Origin: Malacoraja senta
Taxonomy: Eukaryota
Direction: 5' to 3'
NCBI GenBank assembly: GCA_038087875.1
Contig: JAXLNO010000270.1
Coordinates: 248,001-283,899 of the forward strand
DNA: 35,899 nt
How positions within the stretch are numbered: the stretch's first letter is position 1; every line of letters starts with the position of its first letter. The notes under the pieces are model-generated. The model was not told the origin of the DNA and ran no database searches. It worked only from the letters and a program-made list of their open reading frames with translations. Of the stretch, positions 23,583-34,302 are shown one piece after another. The position numbers and the translations under genes are program-made.

Positions 23583-25740
23583 AACCATCAATTAGCTTTA
23601 CCCTTTACCCTGGGTAAATTACTACCTTTTTAATTGAATCAAATAATTAATTGTTCTAAGTATCGTTAACTTAATTTCTCTCTGGATGAATTAAACCCAA
23701 CTTTTAAAAGTGGTTTGAATAATTTGAGAGAGATAACTCACGAATTCTCTTGTTCGTCCTAATTAGGACATCATCCAGTTAAGCCATCCACATCTGTCCT
23801 TGGCCTCTAATTTAGCCGCAAAATTGGTTCTACCAATTTAGTGAATTTCTAGGGACTGAAGTCAACCCGTTAGACAGAACTTTGAATTGCCATAATTGTT
23901 CCTTTAGATAATCTTATCTTATAAATCAACAAACATTAAGTAATATACATCTTTCAGATCTATAAGTGCCATAAAACATCTTTTTTGAAATAATTTGTTT
24001 AGCTGTCTCAAAGTCTCTATTTTGAAGTGTCTATACTTAACAAAAATTTTAAAAACTTGTCAGATCTAAAATACTCCTCACCTTTTTAGGTTGAGAAATT
24101 TTAAACACAATTTGGTGGTTTTGATAAACCGACCTTTCAATTACTTGTTTATAAACAAGTTTTCAATTCAGCTTGAACCTCCATCAATTATTTGTACGTG
24201 AAATTGGAGTGTTCTGCTTGGAACATGCTGGATGGCAAATCAGTATTTGAATCGAATCAATTAGAAACCATTCTATAATACTCAGAATAATAACTGAAGT
24301 ATTTTCTTCCAATATGTGGCTGTTTTTGCCTTAATATGTTCCCATAAGAACCAGGTCCACCTACCTCCTTTGTCATCTGAGTGACCTGTGGTCCCTGGCT
24401 CCTGGCAGGCAAAACCCACGCTTTTTCGTTTTCCTGCTGCAGTACATCAACTGAGTACCTGCTTCAATGGTCGATTTGCTCCTGATGTCGGTCCAGGATT
24501 TTGTATGATGTCTGAAAGAATACGTCCTCTTTGCAGACTTGACGACCATTGATGTTGTGATCAACTTTGCTGTTTTTGCCTCATTATCCAACTCTTTCCC
24601 ACGATTCATGAGTTTTTTCTCTGAAGAATAAGTTGAATGACTGCACATTGCTGGGCTTTACAGAGTTGCTGCAACTTTGGGTTGATGGTGGACCGAATGG
24701 CATACTTCCTGAAACAATTCATCTTGAAGTGGGCGCTACATAGCAACCTTAGTGCCACTTGATGCATCTCCATCCATGGCCTCCATCCATTGTTTTGCAA
24801 ATTGCAGTTGTTCATCAACCGAGCAGCTTCAATATTCTCTGCAGTTTACTTTCCTTAGGCTTACGTGCCTTCGCCCATCTGACCCCTTTATCTTGGTTCA
24901 CTGCCAGTACTTTCAGCAATACGCCGTTCCTAGGGATCTCGTGCTTTTTTGGCATTTTCATCCATCGCAAACTACTAGAGCTGATGGTAGACACAATAGT
25001 TGATCACAGAGACCACGTCCTTTCCAGTGGCTCTCTTGATTCTGACGGGGCAGCGAATCGTACTACCAGAAATAAAACATCTGGCAGCTGCCGTCTTCGC
25101 TTGTATCGGCCTCACCGTCAGACTCAGGGTCAGAACTCTCACAGAGCAGCAAATCGTACTGCCAGGAATAGCCCATCTGGCAGCTGTCGTTTTCGCTTAT
25201 TTTGGAAACTCTGCTGACCCTGTGCACGCGCCTCATCAATGAGGGTGCTATCAAGCAGCACTATTCTAGGTGCTGCTGACCTGGCTTCTGGATCCTGGTT
25301 CTGACATCACTCCTCCTGGAGTATGTTTCGTTGGAGCAACCTGTGTACAGGTTCTCCATTTGGAATATACACATCAGAAAGTGGTATCCAACCTTGGTGG
25401 TGAATCCTAACTGACTCTTGCTCCATGACCCTGACTTGTATGGTGCCTAGCACCCAACTGACGCTGGCTCCGTTCTTTAATGCACAAGTCCACAGTTCTC
25501 CCCGCTCCCAGCCGGCGACGGTTGTAGGGTATGAGGCAGTCCTTTACCGACCGCATTCCTGCAGCTTTTTATCGGCTTTGCCCCACTGGTGCTGACTAAA
25601 TTCCCTTCAGCCCCAATATCCACAGTCGCTATGATGTCGACTGTACCGTGGTCAGAGGCGGCTGGTCGCCGACCGCAATATTGCGACTTTATACCGGCTG
25701 TGCCGCTTGCCTCCTCCACTTGCCCGCTTTTTCCATGATG
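23583..25740 (-). pseudogene. DIRS gag and RT 5' half, decayed
   Basis: ILDL, FVKYRHFKIE, WQFKVLSNGLTSVPR, catalytic YLDD seen as *LDD at 23781-23770; gag-like RKYAIRSTINPKLQQLCK; gag limits approximate. Confidence 0.75.
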
Positions 25741-26264
25741 CCTGTGGAAAAATCCCCACAGACCCACAGCAAACGGACACAAAAATACTTGAAAACATTT
25801 ATACTTACCTTGTAGTTGAAAACTACAATTCCACTAGAGGAGCTCTGCTCCTCGCGTCCGTTTGCGCCAATGCGTCTGACGTAATGACGCGCAGGCGCAC
25901 TGGCGGGGTTCTTCACGTAGTCACTCACGTGACTCCAAAGTAAAATCCCATTTTCACTGCATTCTCTTTGTTTCATTTGCCTCGCAGCAATCTCCCCCTC
26001 AGAGCTTGGGACGTGTGAGCGCATCCGCTGCTAACAACAAGAGATCGGAGAATATTCCCCAGATTTTTGTACGAATGTGGTCCGTAATTGATGTCTTTTC
26101 GCCACAGTGAACTCATGTAGCAGACCTCACCGAGGCAGTACACAAGTGTTGCCACAATTTGGCGTCAGCAAAGTTACTAAATTACAGGCACTCTTTTCAA
26201 TTCTGCCGTATGCACACACGCAACCGTACAGACACATTTACATATTTTGGAATTCAGAAGGATC

Positions 26265-27700
26265 CCGGTGTGTGCGCTGCTCGTCTGCGTGTGTGATTCC
26301 GGCATAGTTTGTAAGAGTTTGTAAGAGTGGCTGTATTTGTGTGTGTTTATGTGTCCGCGAAGCCGTGAGTGTGCATGTGAGTGTGTGTGCGCATTCGGGA
26401 GTCTGGATGCAATTGCGATTGAATGTATCTGTGTCTCTGAGTGGGAGAGTGCATTTGTGTTCCATAGTGGCAGTGTTTTCGTGTGTGAGTGTGCGTGGCT
26501 GTTTGTCTGTGAGACAATGTGCGAAAATATGTGGTCATGTGAGTTTGTGAGAATGTTTGAGTATGTAATTGTTTGATAGTGACAAACCTGTGAGTGTGCG
26601 TGTATTTGATGGTGTTCAGTAAGTGAGTCCACGTGAGTACGTTAGTGAATAGGTGTGTGAGAATAAGTGCGTGTTCTTAGTGCTCCTACATGTGTATGTC
26701 TGTTAGTGTGTGTGTATGTGTGTGTGTGTGTGTGTGTGCTTGCATGTGAGAATGTGTGAGAGAGTATTTGCGTGCTTGTGATTGTATGTTTAAGGTTGTG
26801 TGAATGTTCGGTGGTGGGTATGTGAGTTTGAGTGTTGATTGTGTTTGAGTGTATGAATATTTGTGCATATACATATTCACATGAGTGTGAGTGTATAAGA
26901 GTGTCAGAGAGTGAGAGTGTGCCAGTGTGTCTGTGAGTGGTAATGGTGTGCAAGCTTGCATTGGTATAAGTGTGAGTGTGGGAGTATTTGAGCGTGTGTG
27001 TGCGTGTGCGTTGCAGTGTGCAAAAGTATATAACATTGTGACTTCAAGTGGGTAAGAATTTGTGAGTTTTCATGAGTGCATGAGAGTGTGTGTGATCGGG
27101 TGTGAGTACGTGAAGGTGCAAGTGCCTCCGTAAGTGGCTCCGTGAGTAAGTGTGTCCAAGTGTCTGTGTGTGGATATGTTAATGTCCGTGAGTTTTAGTG
27201 CACAGTCTTAGAATAAAGGGGAGGTCATTTAAGACTGAGGTGAGAAAAAACGTTTTCACCCAGAGAGTTGTGAATTTGTGGAATTCCCTGCCACAGAGGG
27301 CAGTGGTGGCCTAATCACTGGGTGGATTTAAGAGAGAGTTAGATAGAGCTCTAGGGGCTAGTGGAGTCAAGGGATATGGGGAAAAGGCAGGCACGAGTTA
27401 TTGATTGGGGACCATCAGCCATGATCACAATGAATGGCGGTGCTGGCTCGAAGGGCCGAATGGCCTCCTCATGCACCTATTTTCTATGTTTCTATGTGAC
27501 AATGCGTGAGTGGGCGTTTGTGATGTGTGAGTGTGCTTTGCCTTGCGCAAGGTTAGCTAATTGCGCGAATTGTGTGTGTGTGTGATTGTGAGTAACTGTG
27601 AGGGTGCGTGCGTGTGGACTATATGAGTGTATGAAGGAGAGTGAGTGTGTGTGAAAGTTCGTGTGTGTGAGGGCGTACTCGTGTGTTGCGATTTGCGAGT
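26265..27700. repeat. Degenerate (GT)-rich low-complexity tract, interrupted by CR1
   Basis: Pervasive gtgtga/gtgtgc repeats; His/Thr-rich spurious ORFs on the minus strand. Confidence 0.9.
27200..27497 (+). mobile_element. CR1 LINE 3' end
   Basis: Translates HSLRIKGRSFKTEVRKNVFTQRVVNLWNSLPQRAV; 3' UTR gatggcggtgctggctcgaagggccgaatggcct-type sequence and tail ttctatgtttctatg. Confidence 0.92.
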
Positions 27701-28211
27701 ATTAGTGAGGGAGAGACGCACTGTGGTGCTTTACTGATGGAGTGAGGTGCTGTGTAGTACTGATGCAAAGACGTACTCTGGGTTGCATTGATAGCGTGGC
27801 ACACAGTGAGGTAGTATCAATGGAGTGACACACAGTGAGTTAGTAATAATGGAGTGACACATAGTGGGGTGGTACTTATGGAGAAATAGACCATGGGGAA
27901 ATACTAATGTAGTCACCCACTGTGCAATAGTTCTGATGAAGTGACACATTGTGGTGTATTACAGATTGAGTGACGCACTACTGTTGGGTAGGACTAATGT
28001 AGTGTCACACAGTAGAGCAGGGCGGACGGAGTGACAGACTGTGGTGTATAACTGATGAAGTGACACGCTTCGGGTAGTACTGATGGAAGGCGGTACTGCG
28101 GTGTTTTACCAATGAAACACTGCGGGGTTGTACTGATGGAGTGACGCGTTGTGGAATAGTACCGATTTAGTAACATACAGTGGGGTCGTATTGATGAGTG
28201 ACATAACGTGG

Positions 28212-28297
28212 GACAGACAACAGACAATAGGTGCAGGAGTAGGCCATTTGGCCCTTCGAGCCAGCACCGCCATTCAATGTGATCATGGCTGATCATT
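28212..28297 (-). mobile_element. Short CR1 3' tail fragment in the satellite
   Basis: agacaataggtgcaggagtaggccatttggcccttcgagccagcaccgccattcaatgtgatcatggctgatc, homologous to about 3990-4058. Confidence 0.85.
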
Positions 28298-29104
28298 GCA
28301 CCATCACTACCTCGTGTGTTATTCCATAGTACTGATGGAATGCCACACTCTGGGGCAGTAATGATGGAGTGACACACTGTGGAGTAGTACATTATTGGGT
28401 AACACTCTGTGGTGTTGAACTGATGGAGTAACAGGCTGTGGGGTAGTACTGATGGATGAGTACACTACAGTGTGTTACTCATGGATTAACACAACGCAGG
28501 GTTGTACCGATGGAATGACGTACTGCGGTGTTTTACTGATGGACTGACGCAATGCGGGATAGTGCTGATGGAGTGATGCACTGTGGGATAAATACTGATG
28601 GAGTGACACGCTGTCGAGTGGTACGAACTGAGTGACACGCTGTAGGGTAGAACTGATGGAATTGAGATACAGTGATGTGTTACTGATGGACTGACACACT
28701 GTGACGTTGTGCAAATGGAGTGACACACTGTGGCGTCGTACTGATGGAATGACATTCAGTTTGGTTGTACTGATGGAAGTGACATAATGTAATATGTTAC
28801 AGATGGACGGCTACTGTGTGGTACTACTGATGGAATGACATACTGGGGCTAGGGAGGATGGAATGACATAAAGTGGGCTAGGACTGATGGAGTGACAAAC
28901 TATGGTGCAAAACTAGTGGAGTGACGGGTTATGGGTTGTACTGATGGATGACACGCTGAGTGTTAGTACTGATGGAATAGTAAACTAAACTAAACTTCTC
29001 CATAGATGCAGCCTGACTCGCATCGGTTACTGTTTGTGTGTAACAGTATGAGTGTGTGTCCTTGAGTGAAGTGTTAGCACATGTATGCGAGTGTGAATGT
29101 GTGA

Positions 29105-29400
29105 GATTGAAATATAGTGAAATGCTTTGTTTTGCAGACAACCAGTTTAAAACATGTAGCATACCTCACCAAGGCAGTACGCCGACAAAGTGACAAACGT
29201 TAGCCGTACAGTTCCATCTCCTGCCTGCCTCCGCACCGCGGACCCCTTCATTCTCGGCGGCCTTCTGAGCTCTCCGACTGTCCACCTCGCTGACTGCAAT
29301 TGGTCGCGCGTCGCTCCTCGCTCCCAAGGCGCGGCTCCCATCGACGTACGCGGTAAGGCGAAGCCAAGCTTCCGGGTCGTCTGAAGATCTGAACACTCCC
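29105..29400 (-). mobile_element. GC-rich interspersed repeat fragment, family unassigned
   Basis: Non-satellite insert; shares catgtagca.acctcacc.aggcagtac with 26114-26141. Confidence 0.5.
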
Positions 29401-30372
29401 GACACACTGTGGGTAGTATTCATTGAGTGGCGCACTATGGGATAGATGGCACACGGTGTGGTAGTACGGATGGAGTGACACACTGTGGTTCAGTGATACC
29501 TTGTTGTATGGTACTGATGGAGTAACGGCTATACTGATTGCATGATACACTGGAAGGAGGAACGAATGGACAGAAACACTGGGATAGTGCTGATGGAATG
29601 ACACACTGTGGGCTAGCACTGATGGAGTGACAGACTGTGGGATAGAACTGAGGTAGTAACACACTATGGGATATTACAAATGGTTTGAAACACGATGGAG
29701 CAGTATTGATTGATTAACACACTTTCGGGGTAATGTTAACAATTGACACCGTAGGATAGTACTGATGGTGTGACACACTGTTGGGCATTATTGATGGATT
29801 AATACACTGTGCGGTAATACTGATGGAGTGACAGGCTGTGGGATAGTACTGATGGAATAACACACCGTGGGGATGGCTGATGGATAGACGCACGGTGCGT
29901 GGGATGTTACTGCTGGACTGACATACGGTGGTGTCTCACTGATGGAGTGACACACTGTGGTGTAGTACTGGTGGAGTGACATACTGTGGCCTAATATTAA
30001 TGGAGTAACATATTGTGGTGGTGTTACGGAATGCCTGGCACACTGTGCGGGCTGAAGTAATGGAGTGACGCACTGTGTCTTAGTATTGATGGAGTGTCAC
30101 TCTGTGTGACCGTGGCGATGGAGTGACAAACTAAGTATGTTACTGATGTACTGACACTGCGGTAATACTGATGGAATGACACACTGGAGGTAGTACTGAG
30201 GAATGACATACAGCGGGCTAGGATCTGATGGAGTGACACACTATGGGCAGAACTAGCCGAGTGACACATTGTGAGTCACACGTTGTGGTCAGCACTGATG
30301 GAGTAACACGGTGGTGTAGTATTCATCTTCTTCTTGCGTATGGCGAGCACAGCCTAAAGTTGTATGTCAACT

Positions 30373-30469
30373 CTGAGTTGGATGATCAGCCATGATCGTA
30401 TTGAATGGGCGGTGCAGGCTCGAAGGGCCGAATTGCCTACTCCTGCACCTATTTTCTATGTATCTATGT
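30373..30469 (+). mobile_element. 97-bp CR1 3' tail nested in the short element
   Basis: gatcagccatgatcgtattgaat...gcaggctcgaagggccgaattgcctactcctgcacctattttctatgtatctatgt; flanked by aact at 30369-30372 and 30470-30473. Confidence 0.85.
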
Positions 30470-30510
30470 AACTTGTTCTATTTGATCTATTTGTTTGTGC
30501 ACGTAGGTTT

Positions 30511-30564
30511 GATTGCATTAGTCGAAACAAGGTGGACCACGTGACGGTTGCAATCTCCCACCCC
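30511..30564 (-). ncRNA. Minimal HDV/CPEB3-like self-cleaving ribozyme candidate (54 nt)
   Basis: P1 GGGGUGG/CCACCUU, J1/2 GA, P2 GAUUGCA/UGCAAUC, P3 ACC/GGU, L3 GUCACGU, J1/4 GU, UUCGA in place of P4, J4/2 CUAA. Confidence 0.82.
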
Positions 30565-31239
30565 ATTCATGGAGTGGTACCTTGTTGAATGGTAGTGATG
30601 GAAGGAAATACTGTGGCGTACGACTGATGGAGTGACACACTGTGGGGATAGAGCTAATTGAATCATACACTGGAGGTTAGTATGATGGAATGACCCACCG
30701 TGGGCTTGTACTGATGGAGTGACACACTATTGGTTGGTAACTGTCCAGGAGAACACTGCTAGAGTACGGATTGAAGTTGTGGGGAGTACTGAAGGATAGA
30801 CGCGCTGTGGGAAGTTCGAAGGGAGTAACGCACATTGAGGTAGTCCGCATAGCGTGACTCAATGTAGGCTAGTATTATTGGAGGGACAGAGGATAGTACA
30901 TATGGAGTGACATATTGTGTGGTAGTACTGATGGAGAAACATACTGTGGGGTAGTACTGATGGAATGACTCACTGAATGAATGAATGAATGAAGGAGCCC
31001 TTTTTGTTCCTTCCCCCGGCAGCTGCGTCCTCACTTCCACGTGTCCCGTCTTCGTCCGACGGTCCGCGCCATCATCGAACCGCCGCACCGACTTTTCCAC
31101 AAACTCCACCGGATCCACTCGGGCCGCATCAGTCGAGGAGACCAAGGACCCACCGGCGGCTCCGCATTACCCTGGGCCGTGGCCACGGACTTCGTCGTCT
31201 TGCGAGGCTCCACCTCTGACTTGCGGAGTCCGACCCGCG

Positions 31240-31580
31240 TGGCTCCGACCGGATGCCTCCGGCCCGCGAGGCTCCGAACCGCGAGGCCTGGGCTCCGTCC
31301 AGCGAGACTCCGACCCGCTAGTCCGGGGCTCCGTTCAGCAGGGTTCAGACCCACGAGGCCCGTTCTCCGTTCTTCGTGGCTACGACCCACGGGGCCTGGG
31401 CTCCGTCCCAGCGAGGATCCGACCCGCGAGTCCCGAGGCTCCGTTCAGGGAGGCTCCGACCCGTGAGGCCCGGTCTCCGTCCAGCGAGGCTCCGACCCGC
31501 GAGGCCTGGGCACCGTCCAGCGACACTCCGACCCGCGAGGCCGGTCTCCGTTCAGCGAGGCTCCGACCGCGAGGCTTGGG
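31240..31580. repeat. CpG-rich 36-bp tandem repeat, about 8-9 units, inside a GC-rich block (30975-31770)
   Basis: Unit near gctccgacccgcgaggcctgggctccgtccagcgag; 12-aa periodicity in ORF 30985..31704; (GAAT)n at 30975-30992. Confidence 0.85.
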
Positions 31581-32242
31581 TTCCGGCGGCCATGCGGAGG
31601 CGCCTGCCGCAGAGGCCGTCTGGAAGCGTTTTTCGCAATGGCCCCCCAGGACGGCGTCACAACAATGGGTGCTTGGTTCGTTCCAGCCATTCTTCCGTGG
31701 ATGAGTGGATTCATTCGTTTTCGCGGTGCGTGGATGATTCTGACAGGCGGCCAATAACACGGTGAGCAGCGCAGGTCTGAAATTAATCGGTGTCAGAGGG
31801 AATGGACTGGGGTGAGCCTCTCAGCCCTCCATCGGATCGGCAGCGGAATACTGGACAGATGAACTAAAATCGGTTCCTCACTAGATTTTTTTCTTGGTTT
31901 CAAGATAGTCCCATCAGAGGGAGTGGTTCGAAATTACAAGTCACCATTTGTATGACTGGACCGAAAGTTTGGTACGATATGTAAAGTTTTATGTTCTACC
32001 GTTTTTGTTTTTCTTTATTTCTAGTCTGTGACTATTCAGTCGTTAATGTGTCCAGGATGGGAGAGAGACCTAGATTCGGAGGTGTAATTTCTGTTTCCTT
32101 TGCACAGTCGGACTGTGCACAGGATGACCATGTGTTTGTCTTTCGCTCAATGATGGCTCCCTCCGTAATCTGTCCGCGAGCACACTGTGAGAGATAACAT
32201 GTCGGCACGTGTGCTTTCCTGTGTGATTTGATTTTGGTTAGC

Positions 32243-32400
32243 AATACAGCTTGGAAACAGGAGCTTCGGCCACTCGGAAGAAATTCAAGCGGTCACAGGA
32301 CGATTGCGCATACTTACACATACAGCAGACGAGAGCAGGATGGAACCCAGTCTCTGGCGTTTTGGAGCAGTAGCTCAACCAGCAGCGCCAATGTGCCCCC
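32243..32400 (-). mobile_element. tRNA-derived SINE (HE1/V-SINE-like), internally deleted
   Basis: A box TGGCGCTGCTGG (32390-32379), B box GGTTCCATCC (32347-32338), CR1-like tail ggccgaagctcctgtttccaagctgtatt. Confidence 0.7.
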
Positions 32401-32404
32401 TTGG

Positions 32405-32815
32405 AGAGAAACAGCGTGGGAACATGCCCTTCGTTAAACCGTCCCTACATGTACCAGCTGCACTACTCCCTGGCGTTTGGTCCATAATCCCTCCAAAACC
32501 CTCCTATCAGTGTACCTTTAATAACTGTTTTAAACCGTTGGGATAGTCCCACCATAACTATCTCCTCTCGCTGCTAGTTCCATACGCCCACCACGCTATG
32601 TGTGAAAACGTTACTGCTAGATTCATATTAAATCTTTTCTCCTTCACATTGCATCAACGTCGTCTGGTTCCTGATTCACCTACTCTAGCCATCTATTCCT
32701 CTCATAATTGTACACACCTCCTAAAGATTACCGTTCATCCTCCTGCGCTCCACTGAATAGAGTCCCAGCCTGCTCAACCTCTCTCTATATCTCAGACTCA
32801 CGAATCCTGGTAACA
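32405..32815 (-). mobile_element. Decayed CR1 3' fragment
   Basis: tttggtccataatccctccaaaaccctcctatc, ttccatacgcccaccacgctatgtgtgaaaa, atcctggtaa: reverse of CR1 ORF2 end and UTR. Confidence 0.7.
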
Positions 32816-33104
32816 TTGTGGCGCCATGTTGCGACGAGCCAATTTGCTCTCGAACCTTCATTTGTCGAGCCGAGATTCTGCGCCGATAATGGGTAGACAG
32901 GTGACGGGGTGCAGCGGACGACAGATCTAGATTTCACTTGGCATCGATCGCTTTTGTACTAAATTGTACTACGTGTATAAATATAAACAGGACTAAGTGG
33001 GACCCGTTTGATCCCTGTCACACAGAAGGCCTGGTCCCCAAATGCAATATTCCACCACTCACCCATAGCCCCCAACTGCAACAGACGCAACTCATTTCCC
33101 CTCA

Positions 33105-33590
33105 TCCCTAGCACTCTCTCCCCTTCTCTTCACCCTCCTTCTTCTCTCCCCTCTCCACCTCCGCTACCCCAAAACCCGCTCACCTCTCTCTGCAGCTCCT
33201 TTCCCCTACCCTCAGTCACTCCTTCCCACGACTCCATAACTCCTCTCCCCACCCCACCCCCCGCCTATCCTTGTATACCCCACCACCCCCACTCCTTACT
33301 CCCATCCCCCACTATACCTTTCCCCCTCCTCCCACTGCCCTCCATTCCTTCTATTCCCCACTCCCCTACCTCCCCACTACCCCCTCCTCTACTTCCCCAC
33401 CTCTCCCCCATTCCACCTCCGCCCCCACTCTCCCTCCTCACCTCCTCCCTCTTCTTTCCGCTCCTCCTACCCAACCTGCCACACATCTCTATTTCCCTAC
33501 TCTCTGTCACTACCATCCCTCTATAACTCTTATCCCTTCCCTACTCCCCTCCTCTCCCTCTATCCCCTCTAATCACCACTCTCCCTCCCC
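33105..33590. repeat. C/T-rich low-complexity tract
   Basis: Near absence of G on the plus strand; Pro/Ser/Leu-rich spurious ORF. Confidence 0.9.
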
Positions 33591-34064
33591 AGGATCTCGA
33601 GGTTTGCCCGCTCCTCTCCCTTCTTGCGTGCCCCGGAGGAGCATCAGCGGTCGGCGCCCTTGGAGCCAGGCCTCAGATCTTCGGCTCGGCCCGGAAGCAG
33701 CAGCAGCTACAGCCGCGCGGGCGTGTGGCCGGGGGATGAGAGAGTGTGGATGTGGGGAGAACTCGGAGATAAGACGTAGGTAGAGTTTGGGGAGGGGGGG
33801 GCTATCACGGAGGAGGGGGGCAGGAGCCAGCGAGCGGGACCAGAGGGGAAGGGCTGGAGCTGCGGGGCGTTGCGGTGGCATTTAGGACTCGCAGCGAGCG
33901 CTGGACGCTCTCCACCGCCGGGATCAGATCTCCGCTTTCCGTTTGGCGACATGTCCGACTCCGGATGGACATCAAGAAACGCCCATGACCATGCTGAAGC
34001 GCCTCCGTGAGATGATGGCACGCTTTCTCCACTCCCAACATTCCGACACGGTCTCCACCCGACC

Positions 34065-34302
34065 ACCACTCAACACACACACACTCACTCACACACACAC
34101 ACACAGACTCACTCTCTCTCTCACGCACACACACACAAACTCAAACAGACTCACAGACTCACACATACTCACACAGACTCACACAAACTCACACAGACTC
34201 ACACTCACACACAGACTCACACACACACACGCACACTCACACACAGACTCTCACTCACACACACACTTACACTCACACTCACACTCACACACACACACAC
34301 AC
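34065..34302. repeat. Imperfect (CA)n microsatellite
   Basis: Directly visible cacaca/cactca tract. Confidence 0.95.

Larger units (their letters stand above)
10687..25946 (-). mobile_element. Decayed full-span DIRS1-type tyrosine-recombinase retrotransposon (about 4.8 kb net: 10687-13089 + 23583-25946), interrupted by L2 and L1
   Basis: ITR cores 10765-10795 and 25885-25915 are reverse complements; ICR at 10919-11032; minus-strand remnants of gag, RT (WQFKVLSNGLTSVPR, *LDDVLI), RNase H (HVQFQINSTAAMACINCMGG), MT-like (VVPDGSTQPWFP) and YR (TILRWLK, FHSV, AAG*S, FQHFYHRPI). Confidence 0.92.
30327..30564 (-). mobile_element. Short (~137 nt net) non-autonomous retroelement with 5' HDV-like ribozyme and (AAG)n tail
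   Basis: TSD attcat at 30321-30326 and 30565-30570 (empty site restores the satellite unit gtagtattcatggagtg); minus 3' end GCCATACGCAAGAAGAAG; interrupted by a CR1 tail. Confidence 0.8.
27700..30972. repeat. Divergent 29-bp satellite, consensus near tactgatggagtgacacactgtggggtag, with several insertions
   Basis: gatgga/catgga cores at 28451, 28480, 28509, 28538, 28567 (29-bp period); continues across about 3.2 kb. Confidence 0.92.

Noticed and set aside
26177..27036. His/Thr-rich and Cys/Val-rich ORFs
   Set aside because: Products of the (GT)-rich low-complexity tract.
27700..30972. CRISPR-like array (29-bp periodic repeats)
   Set aside because: Head-to-tail degenerate units with no unique spacers, no cas genes, eukaryotic context.
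32330..32400. tRNA gene
   Set aside because: A and B boxes are present but belong to a SINE head followed by SINE body and CR1-like tail; no intact cloverleaf seen.
33008..33783. Proline-rich ORFs
   Set aside because: C/T low-complexity DNA lacks stops by composition.
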